Assembly: GCA_037190805.1 (NCBI GenBank)
Contig: JBBCJR010000021.1
Coordinates: forward strand, 32,735 to 96,734
Direction of reading: 5' to 3'
From: Sphingomonas sanxanigenens
GTDB taxonomy: Bacteria; Pseudomonadota; Alphaproteobacteria; Sphingomonadales; Sphingomonadaceae
Length of the DNA stretch: 64,000 nucleotides
Below are positions 9,274 to 17,563 of the stretch, one piece after another. Position 1 is the stretch's first letter, and each line of letters begins with the position of its first letter. Both the position numbers and the translations under genes were made by a program. The notes beneath the pieces were generated by a model. The model searched no databases. It saw only the letters and a list, made by a program, of their open reading frames with translations, and was not told where the DNA came from.

Positions 9274-10211
9274 GCGACCCCGAACTGTCGGTGGTCATTC
9301 CGTGCTTCAACGAGGAAGAGAATGTCGCCGCGATCTGCCGCGCGGTGTGTGAGCAGGCCGAGCGCCATGCGGCGAGCTTTGAGATCATTCTCATAGACAA
9401 CCATTCGACGGACGGCACCCGTGCCATCATCCGCCAGCTGTGCAGCGAGGATCGCCGCATCCGGGCGATCTTCAACACCCGCAATTATGGCCAGATGCGC
9501 TCGCCGACCCATGGCATCTATCAGGCGCGGGGCAGTGCGGTGATCGGCATGTGCGCCGATTTCCAGGACCCTCCCGAGATGATCGGCGCGTTCGTGCGAC
9601 TGTGGCGTGGGGGGGCGAAGATCGTGCTCGGCCAGCGCCGCAGCGAGCGAGCGGGCCTGCTGCTCGGCGCGGTCCGCCGTGTGGGCTATGCGGTGCTCCG
9701 GGGGATCGCCGACCACCCGGTGATTCCCAACGTCACTGGTTTCGGGCTGTTCGACCGGCAGGTCGTCGACGCGCTGTCGCGCTGGAACGAGCCCGAGCCC
9801 TTCTTTCGCGGCATGCTGGTCGAAAGCGGCTTTTCGATCGCGCTGGTCCCCTTCGACCGGCCGCCGCGCGCGGCAGGGGAGACCAAGAACGGAATCGCGT
9901 CGCTGTTCGGCTTTGCCCTGTCGGGACTGTCAGGATCGGCCAAGGCTCTGTTGCGGTTGCCGATCACGCTCGCGCTCGTCTTCGGACCACTCACGCTTGC
10001 CCTGCTATTCGCCGGCTTGGGCGCGCTGCTGCTCGACGGCCCCGCGGCTCTGTTGCTGCTGCTCTCACTGGCGACCGGCATGTTCGCGACCCTGCTGCTG
10101 TTCGTCGGGTTGATCGGTGATCAGGTGCGTCTGATCGCCGAGCGGACTCGTGGCGTGCCGCTGGTGATCGAAGAAACGCGGCTCAACTTCCCGGCCGAGC
10201 CCGCCCCGTGA
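9270..10211 (+). CDS. Family-2 glycosyltransferase of the polyprenyl-phosphate glycosyltransferase type (GtrB/ArnC/DPM1-like)
   Basis: 313 aa. LSVVIPCFNEEENV, ILIDNHSTDGT and CADFQDPPE form the GT-A region. Two C-terminal TM helices follow (ITLALVFGPLTLALLFAGLGALLL, LLLLLSLATGMFATLLLFVGLIG). GTG start with GTGA overlap. Confidence 0.8.
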   Translation: MSDPELSVVIPCFNEEENVAAICRAVCEQAERHAASFEIILIDNHSTDGTRAIIRQLCSEDRRIRAIFNTRNYGQMRSPTHGIYQARGSAVIGMCADFQDPPEMIGAFVRLWRGGAKIVLGQRRSERAGLLLGAVRRVGYAVLRGIADHPVIPNVTGFGLFDRQVVDALSRWNEPEPFFRGMLVESGFSIALVPFDRPPRAAGETKNGIASLFGFALSGLSGSAKALLRLPITLALVFGPLTLALLFAGLGALLLDGPAALLLLLSLATGMFATLLLFVGLIGDQVRLIAERTRGVPLVIEETRLNFPAEPAP

Positions 10212-11500
10212 AGCGCCGCGCGGTCCCGGTGGTCGAGACGCTGCTGGCGCTGGCGGTGATCGCCTGCGCCTTGTCGATGGCGATGCAGTTCGCCGCGCGC
10301 GGCTATCTGCCGCAGCCGTTCGTCTTCGATACCAACGATACCTTCATGGACTGGTTCAACACCGCCTTCTGGGCGAACCGACCGGGTGCCTATGATGTCT
10401 GGCGCAGCATCTACCCACCGCTGTCGTTCGCGTTCCTCGACCTGTTCAGCCTGCCCGGTTGCTATCTGAGTTCGCCATTCCATGCGCGCGATTGCGACTG
10501 GCTGGGGAGGGGTGTGATTGCCTTCTTCTACCTGCTCGACGTCGCCCTGGCGGGTGTTGCCTTCCATCGCACCGATCCCCGCACCGCGATCCAGCGCACC
10601 ATCGCCTTCGGGCTCGGCCTGCCGCTGCTGTTCACGCTGGAGCGCGGCAATTTGATTCTCGTCTGCCTTGCGGCATTCATTGTCGCCTATGGGCCGATCA
10701 CCCGCTCGCCGTGGTGGCGCGCGCTGGCGACGGCGATCACGATCAATTTCAAGCCCTATCTGGTTATCCCCACCTTCGCCCTGGCGCTGCGCCGCGAGTG
10801 GCGGCCGCTGGAACTGGCGGCAATCGCCACCGTCGCCCTCTATCTCGTCACCCTTGCTATCGTCGGCGCCGGAACGCCCGGCGAGTTGGCCAGCAATACC
10901 GCCAACTGGGTCGTGTTCCAGAGCGGGCAGGTGTGGGGCGAGATCCATTATTCGACCAGCTATGCCCCCCTGCTGCTGGTGCGGGCGTCGCAGATTCCGG
11001 TGCTGGAGTTCGTGTCGTCGCGACTGATCGAGGGGATCGAGGGCGCGGTGCCGATCATCATCCGTTCGACCCAGCTTGTCGCGCTTGCCTGCATCGCTGC
11101 GGCCTGGTTGCAGCCGCGGGCGCTGTCCCACGCCAGGCTGGGGGCGCTGCTGCTGGGCGCCTATATCGTCGGGCAATCGCCGGGCGGCTATACGCAGACC
11201 TTCCTGCTGTTCCTGGTTTTCCTCGAACCCTGGAAGGGGATCGGGCCGGGACTGGCGTTGATCTCGGCCTATCTGCTCAGCTTGGTCGTCGAATGGCCGC
11301 TGTCGACCGTGCTGGAAGTAAGCGGCAACAGCTGGCTTAGCGGACAGCCGGTGGTTGCCGGCTTCGGCCTCGCCGTGGGACATTTCGTGCGACCGGGACT
11401 GATCGCGCTGATCGTGTGGGGACTGGCGCTGGACGGTCTGATCAAGGTCGGCCGCGCGCATCGCGAGCGAGCGCCGGTCGCGGGACTGGCGCTGTCATGA
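10208..11500 (+). CDS. Polytopic integral membrane protein, candidate GT-C-like (DUF2029/GT87-like) transferase or polymerase
   Basis: 430 aa with roughly 10-12 hydrophobic segments and no soluble domain. The first loop FVFDTNDTFMDWF is acidic, as in GT-C enzymes. GTGA overlap upstream and ATGA overlap downstream. Family assignment is uncertain. Confidence 0.5.
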   Translation: MKRRAVPVVETLLALAVIACALSMAMQFAARGYLPQPFVFDTNDTFMDWFNTAFWANRPGAYDVWRSIYPPLSFAFLDLFSLPGCYLSSPFHARDCDWLGRGVIAFFYLLDVALAGVAFHRTDPRTAIQRTIAFGLGLPLLFTLERGNLILVCLAAFIVAYGPITRSPWWRALATAITINFKPYLVIPTFALALRREWRPLELAAIATVALYLVTLAIVGAGTPGELASNTANWVVFQSGQVWGEIHYSTSYAPLLLVRASQIPVLEFVSSRLIEGIEGAVPIIIRSTQLVALACIAAAWLQPRALSHARLGALLLGAYIVGQSPGGYTQTFLLFLVFLEPWKGIGPGLALISAYLLSLVVEWPLSTVLEVSGNSWLSGQPVVAGFGLAVGHFVRPGLIALIVWGLALDGLIKVGRAHRERAPVAGLALS

Positions 11501-12507
11501 TCGCCGAACGCGACCTTGCGGATATGGACGCGCGGCTCGCGCCCTTGTGGCCGCAGCTGGAGGGAGCGCGAATATTCTTCACCGGCGGCACCGGCTTCAT
11601 CGGCCGCTGGATGCTGGAGGCGCTCGCGCGTGCACCGAGTGCGGTCCAGGTGACCCTGCTCACGCGCGACCCCGCCGCCTTCGCGGCGCGATCGCCACAT
11701 CTGGCGACGCGTTTCGAGCTATTGTCCGGTGACGTCATGACGGCCGATGTCCCGAACGGCGGCTGGACCCACGTCATCCACGGCGCGACCGATGCCAGCG
11801 CCGCGCTGACCGCCAATGATCCGCGCCGCATGTTCGACACCATCCTCACCGGCACCCGGCGGATGCTCGATCTCGCCTGCGCCAGCAGGGCCCGGTTTCT
11901 GTTCATGAGTTCCGGCGCCGTCTATGGTGTGCAGCCGCCCGAATTGAGCCATGTCGGTGAAGACTGGATGGGCGGCCCCGATCCGCGCGATCCGCGCTCG
12001 GCCTATGCCGAGGGCAAGCGCGCGGTCGAGACGCTGTGCGCGATCTACCATCACCAGTTCGGGCTCGATGCGGTGGGCGCGCGCATCTTCGCGCTGCTCG
12101 GCCCGCTGCTGTCGCTCGATATCCATTTCGCCGCCGGCAATTTCATCCGCGACGCGCTTGCCGGGCGAACGATCCGCGTCGAAGGCTCGGGGGCGCCAGT
12201 CAGGTCGTATCTCTACGCCGCCGATCTGGCGGTCTGGATGTGGACGCTGGCGATCGCCGCGCCGCCCGGCAGCAGCTACAATGTCGGATCGGAGGAGGCG
12301 GTATCGATCGCCGATCTCGCCCGGCGCACGGCACGCGTGCTTGGCGCACCGGGCGCTGAAATCCTCGGCGCGGCCGATCCGACCTGGAACCCCGGCCGCT
12401 ACGTGCCCTCGACCGCGAACATCCGCCGCGACCTCGGCGTTGCCGCCACCGTCGACCTCGACGAGGCGATCCGCCGCACCGCGGCCTCCCATGGATGGGA
12501 ATCATGA
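11497..12507 (+). CDS. NAD(P)-dependent extended SDR (sugar epimerase/dehydratase/ketoreductase family)
   Basis: ATG 11497 (ATGA overlap). Rossmann motif FFTGGTGFIGRW and catalytic YAEGK (YxxxK). Confidence 0.8.
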   Translation: MIAERDLADMDARLAPLWPQLEGARIFFTGGTGFIGRWMLEALARAPSAVQVTLLTRDPAAFAARSPHLATRFELLSGDVMTADVPNGGWTHVIHGATDASAALTANDPRRMFDTILTGTRRMLDLACASRARFLFMSSGAVYGVQPPELSHVGEDWMGGPDPRDPRSAYAEGKRAVETLCAIYHHQFGLDAVGARIFALLGPLLSLDIHFAAGNFIRDALAGRTIRVEGSGAPVRSYLYAADLAVWMWTLAIAAPPGSSYNVGSEEAVSIADLARRTARVLGAPGAEILGAADPTWNPGRYVPSTANIRRDLGVAATVDLDEAIRRTAASHGWES

Positions 12508-14327
12508 CGACCACGATCAAGCTTTCCGACTGGGTGGCCGACTGGCTGACTGCCCATGGCATCGAGCAGGTGTTCATGCTCACCGGTGGCGGGGCCATGC
12601 ATCTCAACCACTCGATCGGCACCAATCCGGGCCTGAAGACGCTTTTCGCGCATCACGAGCAAGCACTGGCGATGGCGGCGGAGGCCTATGCGCGGCTGAC
12701 CAACCGGCCGGCGGTGGTCAACGTCACCTCTGGGCCCGGCGGTACCAACGCCATCACCGGCGTTTATGGCGCCTATGTCGATTCGATCCCGATGCTGGTG
12801 ATCTCGGGCCAGGTGAAGCGCGAGACGACGGTGCGATCGACCGGGCTGGCGCTGCGCCAGCTGGGGGATCAGGAACTGGATATCGAGGAGTTGGTCCGTC
12901 CGATAACCAAATATGCGGTGATGGTCACCGATCCGCTGACCATCCGCTACCATCTCGAAAAGGCGCTGCATCTTGCGACGACCGGCCGGCCGGGGCCGGT
13001 GTGGATCGACATCCCGCTGGACGTGCAGGCGACGCGGATCGATCCGGCGGACCTGACGGGCTTCGATCCCGCCGAGCTCGACGAACCATGGCGGCGTGAC
13101 GATCTGGCGGAGGTGGCGGCCGAAATCCTGGATCGGCTCGCCAGGGCCGAACGCCCGGTGGTGTTCGCTGGCGGCGGGGTGCGGCTGAGCGGCGCCTATG
13201 CAGGGTTTCTTGCGCTGATCGAGCGGCTGGGGGTGCCGGTCGTGACCGGGTGGAACGCGCACGATGTGCTGTGGAACGATCACCCGCTCTATGCCGGCCG
13301 GCCGGGGACGGTGGGAGACCGCGGCGGCAATATGGTGACGCAGAGCGCCGACCTGCTGCTGGTGCTTGGCAGCCGGCTCAATATCCGGCAGGTCAGCTAT
13401 AACTGGAGCAGCTTCGCACGGGCCGCCTACAAGATCTGGGTCGATATCGACCCGCTGGAACTGGAGAAGCCGACCGTCCGCCCGGACATGCCGGTGGTCG
13501 CCGATCTTGCCGAGTTGATCCCCGCGCTGCTCGATTCCCCCTATGCCGGGCCGACCGAGGCGCATGGTGCATGGCTCGATTGGGCACGTCAGCGCGTTGC
13601 GAACTTTCCGGTCGTCCAACCCGACTATCACGATCATGGCCCGACCAACCATCCGTACGTGGCGATGGAGGCATTGTTCGAAGCCCTCACCGACACCGAC
13701 GTGGTGGTGACGGGTAACGGCAGTGCCTGCGTGGTCAGCTTTCAGGCCGCCAGGCTTCAGCGCGGCCAGCGGCTGTGGACCAATTCGGGCTGTGCGACGA
13801 TGGGCTATGATCTGCCCGCCGCCATCGGCGTGTCAGCCGCGATCGGGCCTGACCGCCGCGTGATCTGCATCGCCGGCGACGGCAGCATCATGATGAACCT
13901 GCAAGAGATGCAGACGATCGCCGGCTACGGCCTGCCGGTGAAGGTTTTTCTCATCAACAATGCTGGTTATGTTTCGATCTTCCAAACCCATCGCAACTTC
14001 TTCAATGGCGTCGAAGTCGGTGGCGGGCCCAAGAGCAATGTCACCTTCCCGAGTTTCGAACGCATCGCCGACGCCTTCGGCTTCGCCTATGCGCGCGCCG
14101 AGAGGCATGATGATCTGGCCCAGGCGATCGCCGTGACCCTCGACGCGCCTGGCCCGGCCTTGTGCGAGATCATCGTCGACGAGAACGTCGTCTTCGCGCC
14201 CAAGCTCGGGGCGAAGCCACATCCCGACGGCCGCATCACGTCGCCGCCGCTCGAGGATCTGTCGCCGTTCCTGCCGCGTGAGGTGCTGGCCGCGAACATG
14301 GCCATTCCCCTGGTGGAGGAGGCATGA
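12504..14327 (+). CDS. Thiamine-diphosphate-dependent three-domain enzyme (acetolactate-synthase-like; YerE-like candidate)
   Basis: 607 aa from ATG 12504 (ATGA overlap); ATG 12495 is also possible. Canonical ThDP motif GDGSIMMNLQEMQTIAGYGLPVKVFLINNAGY. No ilvN/ilvC-like neighbours; the gene is embedded in sugar genes. Confidence 0.8.
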   Translation: MTTTIKLSDWVADWLTAHGIEQVFMLTGGGAMHLNHSIGTNPGLKTLFAHHEQALAMAAEAYARLTNRPAVVNVTSGPGGTNAITGVYGAYVDSIPMLVISGQVKRETTVRSTGLALRQLGDQELDIEELVRPITKYAVMVTDPLTIRYHLEKALHLATTGRPGPVWIDIPLDVQATRIDPADLTGFDPAELDEPWRRDDLAEVAAEILDRLARAERPVVFAGGGVRLSGAYAGFLALIERLGVPVVTGWNAHDVLWNDHPLYAGRPGTVGDRGGNMVTQSADLLLVLGSRLNIRQVSYNWSSFARAAYKIWVDIDPLELEKPTVRPDMPVVADLAELIPALLDSPYAGPTEAHGAWLDWARQRVANFPVVQPDYHDHGPTNHPYVAMEALFEALTDTDVVVTGNGSACVVSFQAARLQRGQRLWTNSGCATMGYDLPAAIGVSAAIGPDRRVICIAGDGSIMMNLQEMQTIAGYGLPVKVFLINNAGYVSIFQTHRNFFNGVEVGGGPKSNVTFPSFERIADAFGFAYARAERHDDLAQAIAVTLDAPGPALCEIIVDENVVFAPKLGAKPHPDGRITSPPLEDLSPFLPREVLAANMAIPLVEEA

Positions 14328-14731
14328 GCGCCGCTGTGCCACGGGATCGCCACACCCCAATCCGGTTCGTTGCCGCTGGCGCGCTCAACACGATCGTCGG
14401 CTTGTCAGTCTATCCGCTGCTGCTGTGGAGCGTGCCCGTCCTTCACAACCGCTATATGGTGGCGCTGCTGATCGCCCAGGCGGTTTGCCTGTGCTTTGCC
14501 TTCATGACCTACAAGCTCGGCGTGTTCCGCACGCGCGGCAATCTGGTTCGCGAGTTCGGCGCCTTTTCAAGCTATTACCTGTTCAACTACGCCGCCAACT
14601 GGGTGGTGCTGCCCTTGCTCGTCGAGATTGCCGGCCTGTCGCCGATCATTGCGCAATTCGGCTTCACCCTCATCCTGATCGTCGGGAGCTGGCTATGGCA
14701 CAGCCGCGTCACGTTTCGGAAGACGACATGA
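14324..14731 (+). CDS. GtrA-family small membrane protein
   Basis: 135 aa with four hydrophobic segments. N-terminus RFVAAGALNTIVGLSVYPLL is typical of GtrA-like proteins. ATGA overlaps on both sides. Confidence 0.75.
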   Translation: MSAAVPRDRHTPIRFVAAGALNTIVGLSVYPLLLWSVPVLHNRYMVALLIAQAVCLCFAFMTYKLGVFRTRGNLVREFGAFSSYYLFNYAANWVVLPLLVEIAGLSPIIAQFGFTLILIVGSWLWHSRVTFRKTT

Positions 14732-15693
14732 TCCGCCCCGCCTTGCGCGATCGGGCCTGTCCGCTGTGCGGGGAACGCGATGCGGTCCCTGCGATGTCGA
14801 GTTCGCTCTGCGCGGAGGAATGCACGCTCGACGAACTGCGGCCTTTCTGGTTCGGCATCGATCGGGCCAAGTATTTCTTCACCTATCACCGCTGCGTGGC
14901 ATGTGGCCTGCTCTACAACCCGGTGTTCTTCGACGACGCGCAGCTGGGCGACTTGTATTCGGCGATGCCGCCCAACATGGATCTGGTAGCGAGCGACGCG
15001 ATCGCTGCCACCCAGCGCGGCTACTTCGACGCGGCGGCCGGGCGTGGCGCGCTCGATGGCGGCTATCTCGAGATCGGGCCGGACATCGGCTATATGGTCG
15101 GCGAAGCGGCGAGGCGAGGGCGTTTCGACCACTTCTGGCTGTTCGAGCCCAATCGTGCGGTACATGACGTGCTGCACGCTGCCAGCGCCGGTCGGCCGAC
15201 CACGATCCTGCCGGACATGACCGACCTTTCGGCTGTTCCCGACCGCAGTATCGGCCTGGCTGTGATGGTGCATGTGCTCGACCATCTGCTCGATCCGGTA
15301 ACCATGATCGAGGCGATCCGCGCCAAGCTGCGTCCCGGCGGCACCCTCCTGATCGTGACGCATGACGAGCGTTCGATGCTTAGCCGTGTGCTCGGAGCGC
15401 ACTGGCCGCCCTTCTGCCTCCAGCATCCCGAACTCTACAATCCGCGGACCATTCGGCAGCTGCTGGCGCGTGCTGGACTGCCGGGCGCCGAGGTCAGCCG
15501 CTCGCGCAATTATTTCCCGATCGATTTCCTCGCACGTCAGGCCGCATTGGCGCTCGGCGTGCGATTGAACCGGGTGCCGTTGCCCAGGCGCGCGATCGGG
15601 CTGCGCCTGGGCAATATCCTGACCATGGCGACGAACGCCGTTCAGGCGGCGGCGATAACGCGCCCTGCAGCGGAACTGGAAAGCGCGGCGTAA
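14728..15693 (+). CDS. Class I SAM-dependent methyltransferase with N-terminal Cys4 zinc-ribbon-like motif
   Basis: 321 aa from ATG 14728. Cys pairs CPLCGE ... CVACGLLYNP, then SAM motif I YLEIGPDIGYM and LRPGGTLLIV. Confidence 0.75.
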   Translation: MIRPALRDRACPLCGERDAVPAMSSSLCAEECTLDELRPFWFGIDRAKYFFTYHRCVACGLLYNPVFFDDAQLGDLYSAMPPNMDLVASDAIAATQRGYFDAAAGRGALDGGYLEIGPDIGYMVGEAARRGRFDHFWLFEPNRAVHDVLHAASAGRPTTILPDMTDLSAVPDRSIGLAVMVHVLDHLLDPVTMIEAIRAKLRPGGTLLIVTHDERSMLSRVLGAHWPPFCLQHPELYNPRTIRQLLARAGLPGAEVSRSRNYFPIDFLARQAALALGVRLNRVPLPRRAIGLRLGNILTMATNAVQAAAITRPAAELESAA

Positions 15694-16730
15694 CGGGTAA
15701 TCTGGTCGAGTGTGACCGCGCGAGCGTCCGCGCCGTCGCCCACCGACTTGTGCCAGGCGACGATCCAGTCGATCGCTTCGCCCAGGGTCAGTGCCGGTCG
15801 CCAGCCGAGCGCGGCCCGCGCGCGGGAGCTGTCGAGCCGCAACAAGCCCGCTTCATGCGGACGCGGCGTGCTGTCGAGCACTGGCGCCGCCGCGCCATCC
15901 GCCCAGGCGGCGCGCATCCGCTCCACGATCCAGCGCACTGGCTGCGCGTCATCGTCCGAGGGGCCGAAATTCCACGCATCGGCAAAGCGCCGTTCGCCCA
16001 CCAGCAATCGCTCGGCGATCCGAATATATCCACCCAGCGCTTCCAGCACATGCTGCCACGGGCGCACCGAGTCAGGCGAGCGGATCAGCGGCGGGGCATC
16101 GGCCTCGAACGCGCGGACGAGATCGGGGATCAGGCGATCGCCCGCCCAGTCGCCGCCGCCGATGACATTGCCGGCGCGTACCGATGCGACGCTGGGACCG
16201 TCGACCTGGAAATAGGAATTGCGATAGGCGGCCACGACCAGTTCGGCGCAGCCCTTGCTGCTGCTGTAGGGGTCGTGGCCGCCCATCGGATCGCTTTCGC
16301 GATAAGGCCATTCCCACTCGCGATTGGCGTAGCATTTGTCGCTGGTCACGCAGATCACGCCGGCGACGCCGCCCGCTCGACGTACGGCCTCGAGAAGATG
16401 AACCGTTCCCATCACGTTCGCGGCATAGGTCTCGACCGGCTCGACATAGGACAGCCGCACCAACGGCTGGGCGGCAAGATGGAATATGATCTCGGGTCGC
16501 GCGCGATCCACCACCGCGCGCATCGCGGCGAGGTCGCGGATGTCGCCCTCGACATGATCGATCAGCGCGTCGATCCGGGCGCTTTCAAACAGGCTTGGAG
16601 TGGTTGGTGGCGGCAGTGCGAAGCCGGTTACCCTCGCGCCCATTGCCTGGAGCCACAGGGTCAGCCAACTGCCCTTAAAACCCGTGTGTCCGGTGATGAG
16701 GACGCGGCGGCCATCCCAGGGCGCGCTCAC
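15642..16730 (-). CDS. rfbG: CDP-glucose 4,6-dehydratase
   Basis: GTG 16730 (GTGA overlap with the rfbF stop) gives VSAPWDGRRVLITGHTGFKGSWL. Catalytic PYSSSKGCAE. I discarded the upstream 50 codons of the track ORF. Confidence 0.85.
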   Translation of the reverse strand: MSAPWDGRRVLITGHTGFKGSWLTLWLQAMGARVTGFALPPPTTPSLFESARIDALIDHVEGDIRDLAAMRAVVDRARPEIIFHLAAQPLVRLSYVEPVETYAANVMGTVHLLEAVRRAGGVAGVICVTSDKCYANREWEWPYRESDPMGGHDPYSSSKGCAELVVAAYRNSYFQVDGPSVASVRAGNVIGGGDWAGDRLIPDLVRAFEADAPPLIRSPDSVRPWQHVLEALGGYIRIAERLLVGERRFADAWNFGPSDDDAQPVRWIVERMRAAWADGAAAPVLDSTPRPHEAGLLRLDSSRARAALGWRPALTLGEAIDWIVAWHKSVGDGADARAVTLDQITRYAALSSSAAGRVIAAA

Positions 16731-17500
16731 CAGCGCTTCCACGGGGCCTTGCCGGATTGCCACAGGCCGTCGAGATGAACCTTGTCGCGCAGCGTATCCA
16801 TCGGATGCCAGAATCCGTCGTGGCGATAACCCATCAACTCGCCCCCGGTCGCGAGCTGTTCGAGCGGTCCGGCTTCCCATACCGTATCCGGCCCGTCGAC
16901 CAGGTCGAGCACGCTGGGATGGGCGACGAAGAAGCCGCCGTTGATCTGCCCGCCATCGCCAGCCGGCTTTTCCCGGAAGGCAGCGATGCGCGTGCCGTCA
17001 TATTCAAGCGAGCCGAAACGGCCGGGCGGGGTGACCGATGTGATGGTGGCGCGCTGCTTGTGGGCTTTGTGAAAGCGGACCAGATCGCCGATGTCGATAT
17101 CGGCCACACCGTCGCCATAGGTGAAGCAGAACGGCTCGTCGGGATCGAGATAGTCGCGGATCGCCGCCAGCCGGCCGCCGGTCATCGTGTTCGCGCCGGT
17201 TTCGACCAGTGTGATCCGCCACGGCTCGCTGCCCGCGCGATGCACCTCCAGCCCGTTGCCGCCGCGCAGGTCGATCGTCACGTCCGCCGTGTGCAGGAAG
17301 TAGTTCGCGAAATATTCCTTGATCAGATAGCCCTTGTATCCAAGGCAGATCACGAAGTCGTTGAAGCCGGCGGACGAATAGATTTTCATGATGTGCCACA
17401 GGATCGGCATACCGCCGATCTCGACCATTGGCTTCGGCCGCACCGCGGTCTCCTCGCCGAGCCGGCTGCCCAGGCCGCCGGCCAAAATAACGGTCTGCAT
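16727..17500 (-). CDS. rfbF: Glucose-1-phosphate cytidylyltransferase
   Basis: ATG 17500 preceded by SD GGAGGAA. MQTVILAGGLGSRLGEET...KPMVEIGGMPILWHIMK is near-canonical RfbF. The upstream part of the 505-aa track ORF is antisense to the GT-C gene. Confidence 0.9.
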   Translation of the reverse strand: MQTVILAGGLGSRLGEETAVRPKPMVEIGGMPILWHIMKIYSSAGFNDFVICLGYKGYLIKEYFANYFLHTADVTIDLRGGNGLEVHRAGSEPWRITLVETGANTMTGGRLAAIRDYLDPDEPFCFTYGDGVADIDIGDLVRFHKAHKQRATITSVTPPGRFGSLEYDGTRIAAFREKPAGDGGQINGGFFVAHPSVLDLVDGPDTVWEAGPLEQLATGGELMGYRHDGFWHPMDTLRDKVHLDGLWQSGKAPWKRW

Positions 17501-17563
17501 GGTTCCTCCGCAAAAATGCTCACTGCGATGACGGAAACAGGCCGGCGTCTCCGTAATGGGGAT

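Noticed and set aside
10121-11461. 446-aa minus-strand ORF
   Set aside because: It is antisense to the 430-aa membrane protein gene. Its composition is dominated by R, Q, D, G and P with no motifs. The plus-strand gene is locked into the operon by 4-nt overlaps.
12399-13652. 417-aa minus-strand ORF, plus several 100-380-aa plus/minus ORFs in 11.4-13.1 kb
   Set aside because: They lie antisense to, or out of frame with, the SDR and ThDP-enzyme genes, which carry canonical cofactor motifs. None of these ORFs has its own motifs.
4656-14327. Phosphonate pathway idea: PEP mutase plus phosphonopyruvate decarboxylase decorating a glycan
   Set aside because: - The ThDP enzyme is a full three-domain protein of about 607 aa, not the shorter decarboxylase type.
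- The HpcH-like protein shows HpcH/CitE-like motifs rather than PEP-mutase-like ones.
- No aminotransferase or phosphonate-specific genes are present.
12504-14327. Housekeeping acetolactate synthase (ilvB/ilvI)
   Set aside because: There is no small-subunit (ilvN) or ilvC gene adjacent, and the gene is joined by ATGA overlaps to sugar-modifying genes on both sides. A phylogeny is still needed to exclude this.
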